Source of the DNA: Verrucomicrobia bacterium UBA2970
GTDB lineage: Bacteria > Verrucomicrobiota > Verrucomicrobiia > Limisphaerales > AAA164-E04
Direction of reading: 5' to 3'
DNA: 45,962 nt
Assembly (NCBI GenBank): GCA_002348345.1
Contig: DEAY01000476.1
Coordinates: 1 to 45,962, forward strand
The notes under the pieces were generated by a model that saw only the letters and a program-made list of their open reading frames with translations, did no database searches and was not told the DNA's origin. Made by a program: the position numbers and the translations under genes. The stretch's first letter is position 1; the number at the start of each line of letters is the position of its first letter. Positions 44,142 through 45,962 of this stretch are shown here, piece by piece.

Positions 44142-45962
44142 ATGTCGACCCGCCAAACGATCGGTTTCCTCCTGCTCGCAGTTCCCGCGGTTTTCGGAGC
44201 GGCCGTTGAACAAGCCCTTCATGCCGCCCAACCCAAGCTGCTGAACTTCCACCCGGCTCACGGTCCGGCCGGCACGCCGCTCCGCATCGTCGGAGAGGGG
44301 CTCATGACGACGACCAATGTCTTGATCGGCACCGAACGCGCGGTGTTCGAAATCCTCGGGGACGGATTGATTCTTGCCACCGTTCCACGAAAGGCGAAGA
44401 CAGGGACCATTCAAATTGTCACCCAAAGCGGCATTGCCGTGAGTCGCGCCCCCTTTGTTGCCGCACCGTCAATCGAAAGACTGAATCCTGAATTCGGCGC
44501 TCCCGGAGAGCCGATCATCATCTCCGGGCACAATCTGGGCAACGCGTCCACGGTGCATTTCGGCACCGTCTCGGTCCGCTTCCGGGTTCTCGGCGACACC
44601 CAATTGAGCGCCCTCGTCCCCGATGTCACCGGACTCCTCCCCATCACCGTGACGACCTCGGTTGGGCAGGCCACTCTTGAGGGATTTGAGGCCACGGGTC
44701 GAACCCCCTTTGTCAGAGAATTCCGCCCTGAGTTCGCCTCGCCAGGTATGACGGTCAGCGTCGAGGGCAAGAATTTCATCGGAAGCACCCAATTCCTCTT
44801 CGGCGAAGTGCCCGCCTCCTTCGTCGTCACGTCGGATACCCAGATTCAGCTCACCATCCCGGCAGAAGCCCCGTCCGGACCGGTGACGCTTCATCACCCT
44901 GCGGGGATTGCGACCAGTCGGGTCGCCTTTCGAGTCATCGGAACCGGGCCCTTTGTTGAGGCCATCAAGCCGGAGGTGGGGAGTCCTGGAGACATCATCA
45001 CGTTGGAGGGGATCAACTTGACCGGTACGCAAAGCATCCGGTTCGGGGCGGCAGTCGCTCCGTTCACGGTCACGGCGGACACCCAGATTCGAGTCACGAT
45101 TCCGAACGACGCCGAATCCGGCCCGTTGACCCTGACCTCGCCCCGAGGCACCTCCGTCTCCGAGCCCGAATTCACACTCAGCGGAGCAGCGCCGTTCATC
45201 GAGGATTTCAGACCGCTCACCGTCACGGCAGGACAGCTGGTCCAGGTTCACGGACGAAACTTCACCGGAATCACGTCGGTCCTAATTGGCGAAACGACGG
45301 TACCCTTCTCGGTCGTTGCCGACATCCAGTTGAACATCATCACACTTTCCGAGCCCATGACCGGAAAGATTACCCTCACCCACCCAGAGGGCATCACCCG
45401 TTCGACCGAGCCACTCGTCGTGAGTGGCGCAACTCCCAGAATCAGTCGCTTCATTCCCCCTGCGGGTCGGTTGGGAGACACCATTCGAATTCAGGGAGGC
45501 AACTTTGCCACCGCGACCAATGTTTGGTTTGGTACGCTGCCGGCCGAGTATACGATCGTGGCCGATAACGAGATTGAGGCGATCGTTCCCAACCAAGCGC
45601 TGACGGCGGTCCTGACCGTTGACACGCCCGGCGGCCGGGCCGAAAGCACTGCTCTGTTCCATCTTCCGCCCCGGATCGATCGAATAAGTCATCCCGGCGC
45701 GGTTCCGGGCGACTCGATTGAAATTGACGGCGCCAACTTCCTCGGGACCACTCAAGTGCTGTTTGGAACGGAGCCGGGCGCCTTGCTGAGTGTTAAGACG
45801 TCGCACCTGAAGGTTAAGGTTCCCCCCGAAGCCAAAACCGGGCCCTTGTCGATCTCCAACCCGGCCGGAATCAATGCCGCTCCGATTCCCTTCGAGATCT
45901 ATCCTGAGCTCACCGCCTTCTCCCCACCGGCGGCCCCCGTCGGCGCCCCCGTGGTGATCCAG
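44142..45962 (+). CDS. Secreted protein made of tandem IPT/TIG (Ig-like fold) repeats; the 3' end lies outside the window. Not present in the supplied ORF track.
   Basis: I translated it by hand: ATG at 44142, then 607 sense codons to the window edge with no stop. Signal-like N-terminus MSTRQTIGFLLLAVPAVFGAA. A ~78-84-aa unit recurs: P.I..F.P..G.PG..I.I.G.NF.G.T.V.FG...A.F.V.SDTQI...IP..A.SGP.T. Confidence 0.85.
   Translation, partial: MSTRQTIGFLLLAVPAVFGAAVEQALHAAQPKLLNFHPAHGPAGTPLRIVGEGLMTTTNVLIGTERAVFEILGDGLILATVPRKAKTGTIQIVTQSGIAVSRAPFVAAPSIERLNPEFGAPGEPIIISGHNLGNASTVHFGTVSVRFRVLGDTQLSALVPDVTGLLPITVTTSVGQATLEGFEATGRTPFVREFRPEFASPGMTVSVEGKNFIGSTQFLFGEVPASFVVTSDTQIQLTIPAEAPSGPVTLHHPAGIATSRVAFRVIGTGPFVEAIKPEVGSPGDIITLEGINLTGTQSIRFGAAVAPFTVTADTQIRVTIPNDAESGPLTLTSPRGTSVSEPEFTLSGAAPFIEDFRPLTVTAGQLVQVHGRNFTGITSVLIGETTVPFSVVADIQLNIITLSEPMTGKITLTHPEGITRSTEPLVVSGATPRISRFIPPAGRLGDTIRIQGGNFATATNVWFGTLPAEYTIVADNEIEAIVPNQALTAVLTVDTPGGRAESTALFHLPPRIDRISHPGAVPGDSIEIDGANFLGTTQVLFGTEPGALLSVKTSHLKVKVPPEAKTGPLSISNPAGINAAPIPFEIYPELTAFSPPAAPVGAPVVIQ
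44232..45962 (+). repeat. Seven complete and one partial tandem IPT/TIG-type coding repeats (about 240-250 nt each)
   Basis: Successive repeats begin PKLLNFHP, PSIERLNP, PFVREFRP, PFVEAIKP, PFIEDFRP, PRISRFIP, PRIDRISHP and PELTAFSP. They are diverged at the DNA level, so this is not a recent duplication. Confidence 0.85.

Noticed and set aside
44130-45806. Minus-strand ORFs in the track (44130..44426, 44411..44830, 44469..45251, 44894..45226, 45248..45484, 45282..45806)
   Set aside because: All are antisense to the stop-free plus-strand IPT/TIG repeat ORF. Their translations are Arg/Gly/Asp-rich with no domain signature, whereas the plus frame shows a regular, recognisable repeat and a signal peptide.
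1-45962. Scan for CRISPR arrays, IS elements or transposases, integrases, phage genes, toxin-antitoxin pairs, tRNA or rRNA genes
   Set aside because: I saw no regularly spaced direct repeats, no terminal inverted repeats flanking an ORF, no DDE or tyrosine-recombinase motifs, and no GGTTCRANTCC T-arm in any intergenic region. This was an eye scan only, so small or degenerate elements could have been missed.

Overview
A 45.96-kb, moderately GC-rich, densely coding chromosomal segment. I can support about 31 CDS. I found no rRNA, tRNA, CRISPR array, transposase or integrase. The gene content points to the PVC superphylum (Verrucomicrobiota or Planctomycetota); this is inference only. That content is a PSCyt1-DUF1549-DUF1553 + DUF1501 pair, four S1-type sulfatases, Sec/Tat-exported esterases, a DUF2723 GT-C membrane protein and an IPT/TIG repeat protein.

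Layout, left to right:
- Tail of an RND efflux pump.
- A minus-strand run: sulfatase, GH13, a giant GH13-GDE fusion, then a DUF5060-type glycosidase.
- A divergent sulfatase and an HpcH-family aldolase.
- A tightly packed six-gene minus-strand operon: tctC-tctB-tctA, split TPP decarboxylase (ComD/ComE-like), Ldh_2 dehydrogenase.
- The DUF1553/DUF1501 pair.
- More sulfatases and esterases, a photolyase and two orphan secreted proteins.
- A housekeeping block: SIS, DUF2723-TPR, HIT, PhoH, YbeY.
- A PQQ propeller dehydrogenase with an internal heme-c motif, a CbbX/SpoVK-like AAA+ protein with a zinc ribbon, and a carboxylesterase.
- An ORF that runs off the window end and is absent from the supplied ORF track. 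It encodes at least 7.5 tandem IPT/TIG repeats.

Best candidates for new biology:
1. The TTT transporter + ComDE + Ldh_2 (+ aldolase) module, read as a C3-sulfonate (sulfolactate-type) route beside the sulfatases.
2. The GH13-GDE single-polypeptide fusion, which mimics the eukaryotic two-activity debranching enzyme.
3. The co-occurrence of a DUF2723 (TMEM260-like) GT-C enzyme with a multi-IPT protein.

All functional calls come from motif recognition by eye. No database search was run.
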